Source of the DNA: a virus
Lineage: Duplodnaviria; Caudoviricetes
Reading direction: 5' to 3' (one strand)
DNA length: 63,720 bases
Virus record (IMG/VR): IMGVR_UViG_3300025132_000035
Location: 1 to 63,720 of that record
A model generated the notes under the pieces. The model was not told the DNA's origin. It did not search any database and worked only from the letters and a program-made list of their open reading frames with translations. The position numbers were made by a program, and so were the translations under genes. The number at the start of each line of letters is the position of its first letter. Positions within the stretch are counted from its first letter, which is position 1. Below are positions 1-9,455 of this stretch, one piece after another.

Positions 1-99
1 CTTAAAGGTATGAGAAAAAATACAGACAAAATGTCTAGTAAAGGTTGGGTTAGAAAAGCTGGTGCTTGGATGGGTATAGGTGCTTTAATAAAACAAAGT
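1..99. repeat. Terminal direct repeat, copy 1 (circular assembly overlap)
   Basis: Positions 1-99 are identical to 63622-63720, and the reading frame continues across the junction. Confidence 0.95.
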
Positions 100-891
100 A
101 CTGTTGCTTCACAATGGACTGGGGGTTTTACTGCAATTCTTGGTGGTTATGTAAACCAATTATTATTACCTTTTAATCCTCTTATTTCTAGGTTATTGAA
201 AGTTTTTGCAATGCCTATGGCTTTTACAGCCTCATTGTCAAAATGGTTTCACATGGTTTTTGAAACGTATTTTCATATGATAGAACTAACTATTACTTAT
301 CTTTGGGGAACACTTTTAAATCTTAAAGGTTGGTTCGAAGGATTATCTTTGGAACAGTTAGTAGAAAACGTACAAAAAGTATACGACTGGAGTAAAAGTT
401 TTATTTCAGACTTAATCGATAAAATAAAAAATAAATTGTTTGGTGGGGAAGATAGTATAGGTGGGGCTATTAGTTCTGGAATGAAAACTGCTTTAGGACT
501 TTTTATGGCACCACTTGCACCACTTGCTGTTGCATCAAAAGTAGTTAGTAAAGGAATGGATTTCTTATCAGAAACATTTGATGGTTTAACTGGTGGTGGT
601 GGAAATGGGGGCATATCTCAAGGTGCTTTAGCTGGTCATTATACAGATGCTTGGTCAATGACACCGGGTACTGGAAGTGCTGGTAGGTTGCCTAGTGTTG
701 ATCATAGTACTATAAAAGGCTCTTGGGAAAAAACAGGAACTAAACACGTAGATGCTGGAAATGATGCTCTTGATAATAAAAATAATAATGCTGGACTCAC
801 AATAGACAGAATAATGCATGATACTACTAAAACAGTAAACACTTGGGTAAGTGGATCAACAAATTATGGTTCATATATTTTTGATGAGTAA
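1..891 (+). CDS. Short tape-measure-like protein, 3' part (gene starts at 63505 and crosses the junction; about 335 aa)
   Basis: In frame with ATG 63505, which has an AAGGAG RBS. Follows tail tube and frameshifted chaperone; helical, hydrophobic, Trp-spaced composition. Confidence 0.65.
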   Translation, partial: LKGMRKNTDKMSSKGWVRKAGAWMGIGALIKQSTVASQWTGGFTAILGGYVNQLLLPFNPLISRLLKVFAMPMAFTASLSKWFHMVFETYFHMIELTITYLWGTLLNLKGWFEGLSLEQLVENVQKVYDWSKSFISDLIDKIKNKLFGGEDSIGGAISSGMKTALGLFMAPLAPLAVASKVVSKGMDFLSETFDGLTGGGGNGGISQGALAGHYTDAWSMTPGTGSAGRLPSVDHSTIKGSWEKTGTKHVDAGNDALDNKNNNAGLTIDRIMHDTTKTVNTWVSGSTNYGSYIFDE

Positions 892-904
892 TAAGGAGAA
901 ATAA

Positions 905-1456
905 GTGGATTCACCTATATCAGTTTTATTACGAGATGGTACACATAGTGGGGCTGATAATCATTTAGCTTTAAAAGTACACCAGATTGCTATTTCAATA
1001 GCAAGAGAACCGACACAAATTGCTGTACCGGGTGTTAGCCCACAACTGCAAGATTTAGGAACAGCAAGACCATCAATTACCATGTCTGGGATTATTGACA
1101 CTATTGGACAAGACCCAGCCAATACTGGTTCTGATAACAATACTCCAGAAACTTGGGGAATGGAATACATTTCTGTAACTGATGGGAGTACAACTAAAAA
1201 ATATTATATTCCTTATAAAAACTATTTAGAGGATAGATTAACAACATGGCTTACTAATACAGGTGGTATTGATTTACAAATAGAAATCGGTGATGCTACA
1301 AGACCAGTTGCAACAGGTAGTAGTAATTTAGCTACTGGTGGGGCTATATATAAAGTTGCATTAGGAAGAATGCAATTTACTCAAGAACCCGGAGAAGAAG
1401 ATCGTTGGATTTATACTATGCAATTTATATCTGAGTGGAGAGAAGGGATATCTTAA
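905..1456 (+). CDS. Distal tail (Dit-like) / tail tip protein
   Basis: Directly after the tape measure gene; AAGGAG RBS with GTG start; beta-rich 183 aa. Confidence 0.5.
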   Translation: MDSPISVLLRDGTHSGADNHLALKVHQIAISIAREPTQIAVPGVSPQLQDLGTARPSITMSGIIDTIGQDPANTGSDNNTPETWGMEYISVTDGSTTKKYYIPYKNYLEDRLTTWLTNTGGIDLQIEIGDATRPVATGSSNLATGGAIYKVALGRMQFTQEPGEEDRWIYTMQFISEWREGIS

Positions 1457-1459
1457 AAA

Positions 1460-4400
1460 ATGGCTTTAGCTTCTGTAGTATCTTATTACGATAATAGTAC
1501 TATAACACAGCTAGATGGTGCTATATCTAGTACTCCAAGTGCTGGTGCCACAACAAGTGTTACAGTAGATTCAACAAATAATTTTCATGCTAGTCAATAT
1601 ATTGTTATTGATTCCGAAGAAATGACTGTTAGTTCAATAACAAATGCAACTACAGTTGTTCTAACTCGTGGTGTTAATGGCACAACAGTCGCAACACATT
1701 CAGATGACGCTACTGTTAAAAGTGCTCCATTATGGCAAGATGTTGTACAACCCAGTACGACAAAATCAGCACTGCTAGACCTTGAAATTTCCGAACATCT
1801 TGGTTCTGAAAGAACAGCAAGAATTATAATTCAAAACGCTACGTCATCCCCTAAAGGGGGTAGTGGTGGGGCAGCACAAGGGGCATATACCCCAGTATTC
1901 AAATCATATACACCAATAAGAGTTCGTGATGGAGAAAATGGACATATTCTTTTTTATGGCATTGTATACAATGTAAAAGAAATCTATACTTCTAGGGTAG
2001 GAATGACCATTGAATTAAATTGTTATGATCATTTACATCTTTTAAAAGATGTCACAACTGCTGGTGAATATGGGTATAACATCGATACTGCACAGGCTCT
2101 TAGTAAATTTGCTGACTACAATGATTCAGGTTTAAATGTTAACACTTTTCAATATGCAAACGCAGCTTCATCTAGAGGGGGTTTGATAAAGTCCTTAATA
2201 GCACAAAACGTTAATATTGACAATATAACTTTTGCGAATGATAGTAATAGATTTACAGAGTCAGTAAGAAAATTCCAAGATAGTTTTACTTATCAATTAG
2301 GTGAACGAGGAAAAAAATCAGTATTGGCACATATACGAGAGTTGTCAAACGATGACCCAACTGCTGCAGCTGGGGGCAATTTTGGTTTTGACTACTATGG
2401 CGATCCAAATTTTACCTCAACAGCAACAAACCACAAACCAGCGTTATTTTTTAATTATTTTAAAAGGGGTAACAGACCTAGTACAGAACCAGAAAAATAT
2501 GGTGCTAGATTTGCCCAACCATACACAGGATTTTTAAAAACTGGTAGATCACAACCAATACAAGATTTTGTTTTTGAAAACCCAAAAGAAGAAATTTATA
2601 CTGATGCAAAGGTTACTTTTCCTAGTTTTTCTAATAGTGCGACTACTTCTCGTGCTGAAAAAACAGTAGATTTTGAGTTATTACAAATATCTGACTATGC
2701 AATTGTACAATATACAACTTTGAATGAAGCATTGGATGACTCTGAAACAGCCATTGATGTATCTGATGCATCATCAGGTAATAGTGCTTCACAAGCCATA
2801 ATAGCTGGTATGACTATTAGAGTTGACGATGAAGAAATGTACGTAAGTTCGGTTTCAACTAACACTTTGACAGTAGTTAGGGGCGTTAACTATACAACTG
2901 CTGCTGCCCACGATAATAGTACAGCAGTAAAATCAGCTTTTACTTGGGGCAACCCAAACAATTTAATGGATAAAAATTATTATGGTACACTACAAGCACT
3001 TCATGCCCCAGAAAGATTAGACGTACAACTTACTCAGTTAGATGGGGCGCACACCAATACAAGTAGTACAGCATTTACAGTAGATTCAACTGCTGGTATG
3101 TATGTAAACCAAATGTTATTTATTGCTACTAGCACTACTGCTGGTGCAAGAGAATATATTTATGTAACAGCAGTTAATTCAAATGGTACAGATTTTACTG
3201 CTACTAGGGCGCAACTTAGTACTTCTGCTGCAACACACGTTGATAATTCTTATGTATTTGCTTATGACGTTGCAACAATGCAATACATTAGTAGAACAGA
3301 TACAAGTGGTGGTAATGACATAACAGCTTCAGCCCCAGCATTTGTTATGATCTCTGATGTTAGAAAAGCAATTATGGGTACAGCAACAAGAGAAGCCCAT
3401 TTAGCAGTTGGTTCGGTTGTTAGAGGACATTATAATTACCAAACAAATTTTACTATATTAAGTAGACCTAAAACCACACACCAAATAAAACGAACTTTAA
3501 ATATTACCATAGGTTCTTCTAGTAACCCAAACAATATTAGAGAAGAAGTTGCTGCTAGATTAATGAGGAGTACAGGTGAGGTTACTCGTGGTATGTTTTT
3601 CTCAAATGAAAAACCTTACTATTACGTTGATGCTACACCTACAGCAGTGGGAAGTTCGTCATCAGCTACTGTACAAGGAACAACAAAATATACAGAAACA
3701 CTTACATTCGGTAAAGTACTTGTTACTACTCTCAATGAGGCTTTAGATGATTCTGAAACAGCCATAGATGTTACATCAAGCGATGAAATGTATGTTGGAC
3801 AAACATTCCAAATAGACAGTGAAAAATTTGCAATAACAGCTATAAACAGTTCTACCAATATTTCAGCAGACAGGGGACAAGCTAGTACATCAGCAGCTGA
3901 ACACGACACTGGCACACAAATATATGACATATCAGCAAACCCATTAAATTTTGGCATTAGAATTGGAACAACTTTAAACGAATTAGATTCTAACTCAAAA
4001 CCAACATCAACGTATGGTTATGCATCAGCAGTTACGTCAACACAAGTAACTGGTACATGGGATACTGGGCAAATATCAACTAGTTCAGTAGTTCGATATT
4101 ATGTACCGATTAGGGTTGGTGATATATTACGATTGCGAAACGATCTTACTAATATTGACCAAAATTGTATTATAACAAAAGCGTGTTACTATGAATTAAA
4201 TGGGCAGTATTTTACACAGTATGAAGTAGCAAAATCATCAGATTCAAACGTTGATTTACCCATAAGAAGACTTTCTGGTACTGCTGCACTAGCAGAACAA
4301 ATAACTAGAGATGGTAATTTACCAGTAACAGGTGAGGTTCAAGGTGCTTCATCATCTTCAGAAATATCCCCAAACCCAGTCATATCGTTAGCGTGGTCAG

Positions 4401-5074
4401 CACCGGGTGCAGATAATGCTTATATGTTTAGATTACAAGCTGACGCAACAATCGGTGGAAAAAGCTACCTTAAAGGTGATATGTTATTTGTAAATATTAC
4501 TACTGGTGATTTACATTTTTCTTCTGACGTTAAAAGTGACAAAACAGGTGCTTTTGATTTAGGGGATAAAGATGGGGCTAACTGGAATAATTTATATGTA
4601 GAAGCAGTTGCATTTGAGTCTACTAGTAACACCTATGAAGAATTTGCTGGTATACAAGCACCAGCCAATTATTCAAGTGGTAATAGTGATACTGCAAGAT
4701 ATGTTTTGACATTACCAACTACTGCTCCGGGTGGGGACAGATTAATACAAACAGATAGTTCTGGGGTTTTAACATTTGTTTCGACATCTTCAAGCGTTGC
4801 TTACAAAGAAAATATAAAACCATTAGACATGGACACTTCAAGAATATTTGATCTAAAAGCTAAAAACTTTAACTATAAAGATGGGCATCAGTCTTTGTTA
4901 AATGGCTCAACATTTGGTTATTTAGCAGAAGATGTACAAAAGGTTTTACCAGAAATTGTCATACCAGATAAAGATGGAAAACCAGATGCCTTGCACTATC
5001 AACTATTATCTGTTCTACTGTTAGAAGAAGTTAAAAAAATGAAATCTAGATTAGACGTTTTGGAAGGGAAATAA
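1460..5074 (+). CDS. Tail tip/baseplate hub-spike protein with four internal beta-rich repeats and a C-terminal intramolecular chaperone (peptidase S74-like)
   Basis: Four repeats of the type TxL..A.....T.I.V.......G..I.ID.E...V......T..RG...T.AA.H; C-terminus SS..YKENI...FGYLAEDV..VLPE.V...Y..L plus coiled coil. Confidence 0.75.
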   Translation: MALASVVSYYDNSTITQLDGAISSTPSAGATTSVTVDSTNNFHASQYIVIDSEEMTVSSITNATTVVLTRGVNGTTVATHSDDATVKSAPLWQDVVQPSTTKSALLDLEISEHLGSERTARIIIQNATSSPKGGSGGAAQGAYTPVFKSYTPIRVRDGENGHILFYGIVYNVKEIYTSRVGMTIELNCYDHLHLLKDVTTAGEYGYNIDTAQALSKFADYNDSGLNVNTFQYANAASSRGGLIKSLIAQNVNIDNITFANDSNRFTESVRKFQDSFTYQLGERGKKSVLAHIRELSNDDPTAAAGGNFGFDYYGDPNFTSTATNHKPALFFNYFKRGNRPSTEPEKYGARFAQPYTGFLKTGRSQPIQDFVFENPKEEIYTDAKVTFPSFSNSATTSRAEKTVDFELLQISDYAIVQYTTLNEALDDSETAIDVSDASSGNSASQAIIAGMTIRVDDEEMYVSSVSTNTLTVVRGVNYTTAAAHDNSTAVKSAFTWGNPNNLMDKNYYGTLQALHAPERLDVQLTQLDGAHTNTSSTAFTVDSTAGMYVNQMLFIATSTTAGAREYIYVTAVNSNGTDFTATRAQLSTSAATHVDNSYVFAYDVATMQYISRTDTSGGNDITASAPAFVMISDVRKAIMGTATREAHLAVGSVVRGHYNYQTNFTILSRPKTTHQIKRTLNITIGSSSNPNNIREEVAARLMRSTGEVTRGMFFSNEKPYYYVDATPTAVGSSSSATVQGTTKYTETLTFGKVLVTTLNEALDDSETAIDVTSSDEMYVGQTFQIDSEKFAITAINSSTNISADRGQASTSAAEHDTGTQIYDISANPLNFGIRIGTTLNELDSNSKPTSTYGYASAVTSTQVTGTWDTGQISTSSVVRYYVPIRVGDILRLRNDLTNIDQNCIITKACYYELNGQYFTQYEVAKSSDSNVDLPIRRLSGTAALAEQITRDGNLPVTGEVQGASSSSEISPNPVISLAWSAPGADNAYMFRLQADATIGGKSYLKGDMLFVNITTGDLHFSSDVKSDKTGAFDLGDKDGANWNNLYVEAVAFESTSNTYEEFAGIQAPANYSSGNSDTARYVLTLPTTAPGGDRLIQTDSSGVLTFVSTSSSVAYKENIKPLDMDTSRIFDLKAKNFNYKDGHQSLLNGSTFGYLAEDVQKVLPEIVIPDKDGKPDALHYQLLSVLLLEEVKKMKSRLDVLEGK

Positions 5075-5075
5075 C

Positions 5076-5282
5076 ATGGCACAATCATTTACAGTCAGTA
5101 TATCAGATGATTTATGGACAGAATGCCAAACCGAACTTAAAAATCTTGCTACTGATAACGAAGAAGAATCATTAACTGTGGCTAGAATGAATATATATTT
5201 ATCTGAAGTTGTATCATCAAGATTAAACTCTGCTATTCAAAAGAAAAAATTGCAAGAGTTTAGAAAGACACAATTCGGATAA
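5076..5282 (+). CDS. Hypothetical protein
   Basis: ORF tightly coupled to both neighbours. Confidence 0.7.
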   Translation: MAQSFTVSISDDLWTECQTELKNLATDNEEESLTVARMNIYLSEVVSSRLNSAIQKKKLQEFRKTQFG

Positions 5283-5773
5283 TGTCTAAAGGTGGAACGA
5301 CTAAGTGGAGTAGAAAACGTAGAAGAAAAGAAATACTGCTCTATAAAGAATTACATCCATTAGCAACATTGACTGAAATAGGAGAACAGTTTGGTGTAAC
5401 CAAACAATATATCTCCCAGTTTTTAAGATCAAACAATATAGTACAAGGAAAAGCAAAGAGAAGAAAAGACAGCAGACCTATTAGGTACTGTAAGCACTGT
5501 GGAAAAAGAACCCAAATGGCATCTTACGGAGTATATTACCCAGTAGTATGTCCAGAATGCAAGTTCTACCATAAAAAATTATTGGTACACTGTGCTTTTT
5601 GTAAAACACCATTTTACAGAGAAAAGAAAACCATAAGATATAAGTTCCAGAATAAAGAAAAGATGATTTATTGTAGTTTGTCTTGTTATCACAAAGGTGA
5701 AAAAGATGGGCTAACAAAGAAACGAACGAAAGCCGAAATATATAGAAACGCTTTATATGGAAATAAACAATAA
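5282..5773 (+). CDS. HTH plus zinc-finger DNA-binding protein
   Basis: ATLTEIGEQFGVTKQYISQ HTH; several Cys pairs (CKHC, CPEC, CAFC, CSLSC). Confidence 0.65.
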   Translation: MSKGGTTKWSRKRRRKEILLYKELHPLATLTEIGEQFGVTKQYISQFLRSNNIVQGKAKRRKDSRPIRYCKHCGKRTQMASYGVYYPVVCPECKFYHKKLLVHCAFCKTPFYREKKTIRYKFQNKEKMIYCSLSCYHKGEKDGLTKKRTKAEIYRNALYGNKQ

Positions 5774-6272
5774 CCTTATAGAAAAATGGGAACCAAAAAT
5801 TCACAGGATGACTCAAAATCTATTCATAGTTGGAATGGATAAAGAGGACATACAACAAGAATTACGAATCGCAATTATGAAAGCAGCAAAATCCTTTGAT
5901 GACTCCAAAGGAGTTATATTCCACACTTACCTTCATACTAGTATGGTCAATACTATAAGAACGTTAATGACAAAAGCTGAAAAACGATTGGATCAAAAGT
6001 CATTAGATGTTTCATACGAAAACAATAGTGTAATTCCCTCAGAATTAATTAATGCCCTACGTGACCCTAAAAACTATGAGTTAGAAATTGAGGTTAACGA
6101 TATTTTAGATTCAAAAAATTTAACACATAGCGAAAAATCCTTCATAGAGTTACGAATGGAAGGTATGACTATGGAAGAAATAAGCGTTGATCTTGGTGAA
6201 TCTGCATATAAAGTAAGGGCTGGGCTAAGAGAAAAGTTTACAGAAATAGGTACTGATGAGGAAACCACATAG
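5757..6272 (+). CDS. Phage-encoded sigma-70-family RNA polymerase sigma factor
   Basis: Region 2-like DKEDIQQELRIAIMKAAKSFDDSKGVIFHTY; region 4-like LTHSEK..IELRMEGMTMEEIS..LG. Confidence 0.85.
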   Translation: MEINNNLIEKWEPKIHRMTQNLFIVGMDKEDIQQELRIAIMKAAKSFDDSKGVIFHTYLHTSMVNTIRTLMTKAEKRLDQKSLDVSYENNSVIPSELINALRDPKNYELEIEVNDILDSKNLTHSEKSFIELRMEGMTMEEISVDLGESAYKVRAGLREKFTEIGTDEETT

Positions 6273-6483
6273 AAAAAAAGGTCAGTTAACACGTAAAGTA
6301 CCCCAACTTAATAATTATAAAGTTATTTGTCTTAATACTAAAACAAACCAATCTTGGGTAGAGGTTGAGTTGTTTTCTTTGAATGATGCTAAAGTATTTA
6401 TTGACAACAATACGTTACCCAATGTAGAATACTACGTACTATTTAAAGAAAGCAATCGAGTTCTTTACAAAAAAGAGGGTTGA
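6256..6483 (+). CDS. Hypothetical protein
   Basis: ORF overlapping the sigma gene stop and leading into the helicase. Confidence 0.6.
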   Translation: MRKPHRKKGQLTRKVPQLNNYKVICLNTKTNQSWVEVELFSLNDAKVFIDNNTLPNVEYYVLFKESNRVLYKKEG

Positions 6484-6487
6484 GTAC

Positions 6488-7735
6488 GTGTCAAGTTTTG
6501 AATACATAGAATCTGCTGTTATATTTAATCTCACTAACAAAGAAAATTTACGTTCGTTCCCATATGCCACACAAGATTTTTCCATACATGGTGAAGTATA
6601 TAAATTCCTAATAGACTTTTTTGACAAGCATGGTGAGTTTCCTGATGTGGCAACACTATGCCATAACTATCCTTATTTAGATAAAACAGCTAATTCAGTT
6701 AACTATGAATACGCTTTAGATATTTTTAAAGATCAAATATTACACAGAAAAGTTGTAAGTACAATTAATTCTGTTAGAGATACTGTAAAAACAGACCCCA
6801 AAACAGCTTTATCAAGGTTAATGATTGGATTAACTGACATAGAAGTATCAATCGATGAAGATATAAACTCTTTTAGTGAAAACAGTAGTAAAAGATTAGA
6901 TGAATGGAGAGATCGAGCAGACATACATAATTCAGATGAGGGTATGATGGGTATACCAACATCCCTTATTAGTATAAATAATACTGGTGTTGGGTGGATG
7001 GGTGGCGATCTTATAGGTCTTTATGCAAGACCAATGATAGGAAAAACATGGATGGCTATTCATTCAGCAGCTACAGCTATTTACAACAAAAAAAGAACTT
7101 TATTTATTAGTGCTGAACAATCGGTATCATCAATAAACATGAGATTAGATGTAGTTCTTGGCAAGTTATTGGGATATGACTTTAATCATTCATCTTTAAG
7201 AAATGGTTCACAAATAGATGAATCAAGATACTTAGATTATTTAGAAGAAATCAAAGGGTTGGAATTACTGGTGTGTGATCATATTTCTGGTAGAGATTCA
7301 ATATCGGTAGAATCTATCGCTAGTCTTGTTAGAAAACACAACCCAGAGTTTGTTATTATTGATGGCATTTATTTAATTGACATACCAAACAAGGCACAGG
7401 CTTCTTGGGAGAAAAACCACGAATTGGTACACGCAGTAAAAAATCTGGCGAAGGCTAGAAACATTCCTATTATGGTTATTACACAAGCTAACAGGGAAGC
7501 TAGGAATATATATGAACCACCTAAACCCAGTCACGTTGCTTTTGGTGATGGGCTTATGAGAGCAGCAGATGTTGTGCTTTCTATGTGTCAACTTGAAAAC
7601 GATGAGTCTAAACGTATTTTAGAGGTACAAAAATATCGTGAAGGCGAACTTGCTGGTAAGTTATTGGCTATGGATTGGAACGTTAATAATGGAACTATTA
7701 AAGAACTTCCAAATTTTAATTTTAATGATTTTTAA
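6488..7735 (+). CDS. dnaB: DnaB-like replicative helicase
   Basis: Walker A ARPMIGKT, FISAEQ, Walker B VIIDGIYL, ITQANR, AD.V and QKYREG motifs. Confidence 0.9.
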   Translation: MSSFEYIESAVIFNLTNKENLRSFPYATQDFSIHGEVYKFLIDFFDKHGEFPDVATLCHNYPYLDKTANSVNYEYALDIFKDQILHRKVVSTINSVRDTVKTDPKTALSRLMIGLTDIEVSIDEDINSFSENSSKRLDEWRDRADIHNSDEGMMGIPTSLISINNTGVGWMGGDLIGLYARPMIGKTWMAIHSAATAIYNKKRTLFISAEQSVSSINMRLDVVLGKLLGYDFNHSSLRNGSQIDESRYLDYLEEIKGLELLVCDHISGRDSISVESIASLVRKHNPEFVIIDGIYLIDIPNKAQASWEKNHELVHAVKNLAKARNIPIMVITQANREARNIYEPPKPSHVAFGDGLMRAADVVLSMCQLENDESKRILEVQKYREGELAGKLLAMDWNVNNGTIKELPNFNFNDF

Positions 7736-7750
7736 GAAAGGAGAAAAATC

Positions 7751-7960
7751 ATGGGTATTTTTAATTGGTTTGATAGTGGCAAGACAGTAGTTAAAACTGT
7801 TAAAGGTAAATATACAGGTAAACCACTTGATGTTACTGTTGATGATATACGTAAGAAATATATTATTGATGAACAAGGTCACAAAAACGAAATAGCCCTT
7901 TTCTTGAGGGAAAACTCGACAGATCGTAAAGCCAAACGAAAAATTATTGAGAATGCATAA
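7751..7960 (+). CDS. Hypothetical protein
   Basis: AAGGAG RBS; coupled to primase. Confidence 0.7.
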   Translation: MGIFNWFDSGKTVVKTVKGKYTGKPLDVTVDDIRKKYIIDEQGHKNEIALFLRENSTDRKAKRKIIENA

Positions 7961-8817
7961 TGGATTGGCATTCAATATTACTAAGCTATGGGGTAGATAT
8001 TCAGTATGAGGATGAATTTAACATACTTTGTCCATTCCATGAAGATTCAGTTTCCTCATGTTCTATAAACACTGAAAAGGGTGTGTGGATATGTTTTGCT
8101 GGTTGTGGTCAAGGTAGTTTAAAATACTTTATCTACAAACTATCAGGTAGAAATTGGACTGAGTTAAACCAAGAGTTAGAAGAAAAAACTTGGGAAATAG
8201 CTGACTTTTCATTTCCAGACATGGAGATAGATACACAGGAACCACAGGAAGTAGAACCTTTAGAAGGTTTAAGTAATATTTTGGATGACCATTGGATTTT
8301 CGATCGTGGGTTTACTAAAGAATGTATAGATAAATGGGACTGTAAGAAAAACAGATATAACGATTTGTGTATACCAGTTGATAACAAAGATAACAAAACA
8401 ATTGGGTATATAACAAGAAGGCATGAAATGATCCCTAAATATATGTTTTCTAAAGGCTTTAAAAAATCAAGGGCGTTATTTGGTATAAACCATGTCGTAG
8501 ATTCGGAGACACTTTATGTAGTTGAGGGTGCTTTAGATGCTATGTGGTTAGATCAAAATGGGTACAGTGCTATAGCAGTTCTTGGAGCAATAGTTTCAAA
8601 AACCCAGATAGATTTAATATCAACATTGAGACCATCTGAAGTAGTTATATGTTTAGACAATGATGAAGCTGGTCGTATCGGAATATCAAAGGCAACCGAA
8701 GATATGCGAAATAGATTTATGCTTAGTTACGTTGATCTACAAGAGTTTAAAGATGTACAAGAAATAAGAGACAAGGTAAGATTACAAGCTATAGTAGAAG
8801 ATAGAAATTTTTGGTAA
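7960..8817 (+). CDS. dnaG: DNA primase (CHC2 zinc finger plus TOPRIM)
   Basis: CPFHED..SC...W.CFAGCG; YVVEGALDA; CLDNDEAG. Confidence 0.9.
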   Translation: MDWHSILLSYGVDIQYEDEFNILCPFHEDSVSSCSINTEKGVWICFAGCGQGSLKYFIYKLSGRNWTELNQELEEKTWEIADFSFPDMEIDTQEPQEVEPLEGLSNILDDHWIFDRGFTKECIDKWDCKKNRYNDLCIPVDNKDNKTIGYITRRHEMIPKYMFSKGFKKSRALFGINHVVDSETLYVVEGALDAMWLDQNGYSAIAVLGAIVSKTQIDLISTLRPSEVVICLDNDEAGRIGISKATEDMRNRFMLSYVDLQEFKDVQEIRDKVRLQAIVEDRNFW

Positions 8818-9455
8818 AGGAGAACAATATGCCAGATAATGAAAAATTTAAAATTTTAATGACAAAACCTAACGATATAGTTTATTTCACACCAGTAGCA
8901 AGTAGTTTCTATGAAAAAGAACACATAGAAGAATTAGAAATGTACTTTCTTGATGGGAGATACAAACTTAAACAAGAAGGTGAGGATGTTCAAGCAAGAA
9001 AAAGATTAGCTATGTGGGCATACGTTTACTTTATATATCACGAAAATCGTGATAATGAAGAATGGGTTGAGAAAGAACTCGACTCAAAAAAGAAAATGTT
9101 TAAGGAAAACGTAGAAGATTTTAAGATTGTTGAATTTCCTTATGGGCAATGGGATAGAGAAACCAGAGTATATGCTAATAGACAGAAGTTTGACTCAGCT
9201 TGTGAATACAATCGTGGTTTAAATAAAAGTATTATTAAGTTAAGAAAATATGTTGATGGGCAATACACTAATTACTCAATCAGTGGTTTAGCAAATGAGG
9301 ATAATGCCCAACAAGTAGCTACTGATATAATAGAAAACAAGAAAGATGAAATTCAAAACCTACAACCATTAATGGATTTTTATCTTGGGAAAAATGAAAG
9401 TAAGAAAGAAGAACCTAAACCAACAAAAGATGACGAAAGTTTTGAGTTATTTTAA
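8811..9455 (+). CDS. Hypothetical replication protein, possibly ssDNA-binding
   Basis: Between primase and polymerase; acidic/aromatic C-terminal tail DDESFELF. Likely start ATG 8829. Confidence 0.45.
   Translation: MVKENNMPDNEKFKILMTKPNDIVYFTPVASSFYEKEHIEELEMYFLDGRYKLKQEGEDVQARKRLAMWAYVYFIYHENRDNEEWVEKELDSKKKMFKENVEDFKIVEFPYGQWDRETRVYANRQKFDSACEYNRGLNKSIIKLRKYVDGQYTNYSISGLANEDNAQQVATDIIENKKDEIQNLQPLMDFYLGKNESKKEEPKPTKDDESFELF

Noticed and set aside
2715-3772. Repeated segment as a DGR template/variable repeat pair
   Set aside because: Differences are synonymous and not adenine-specific; no reverse transcriptase is present.
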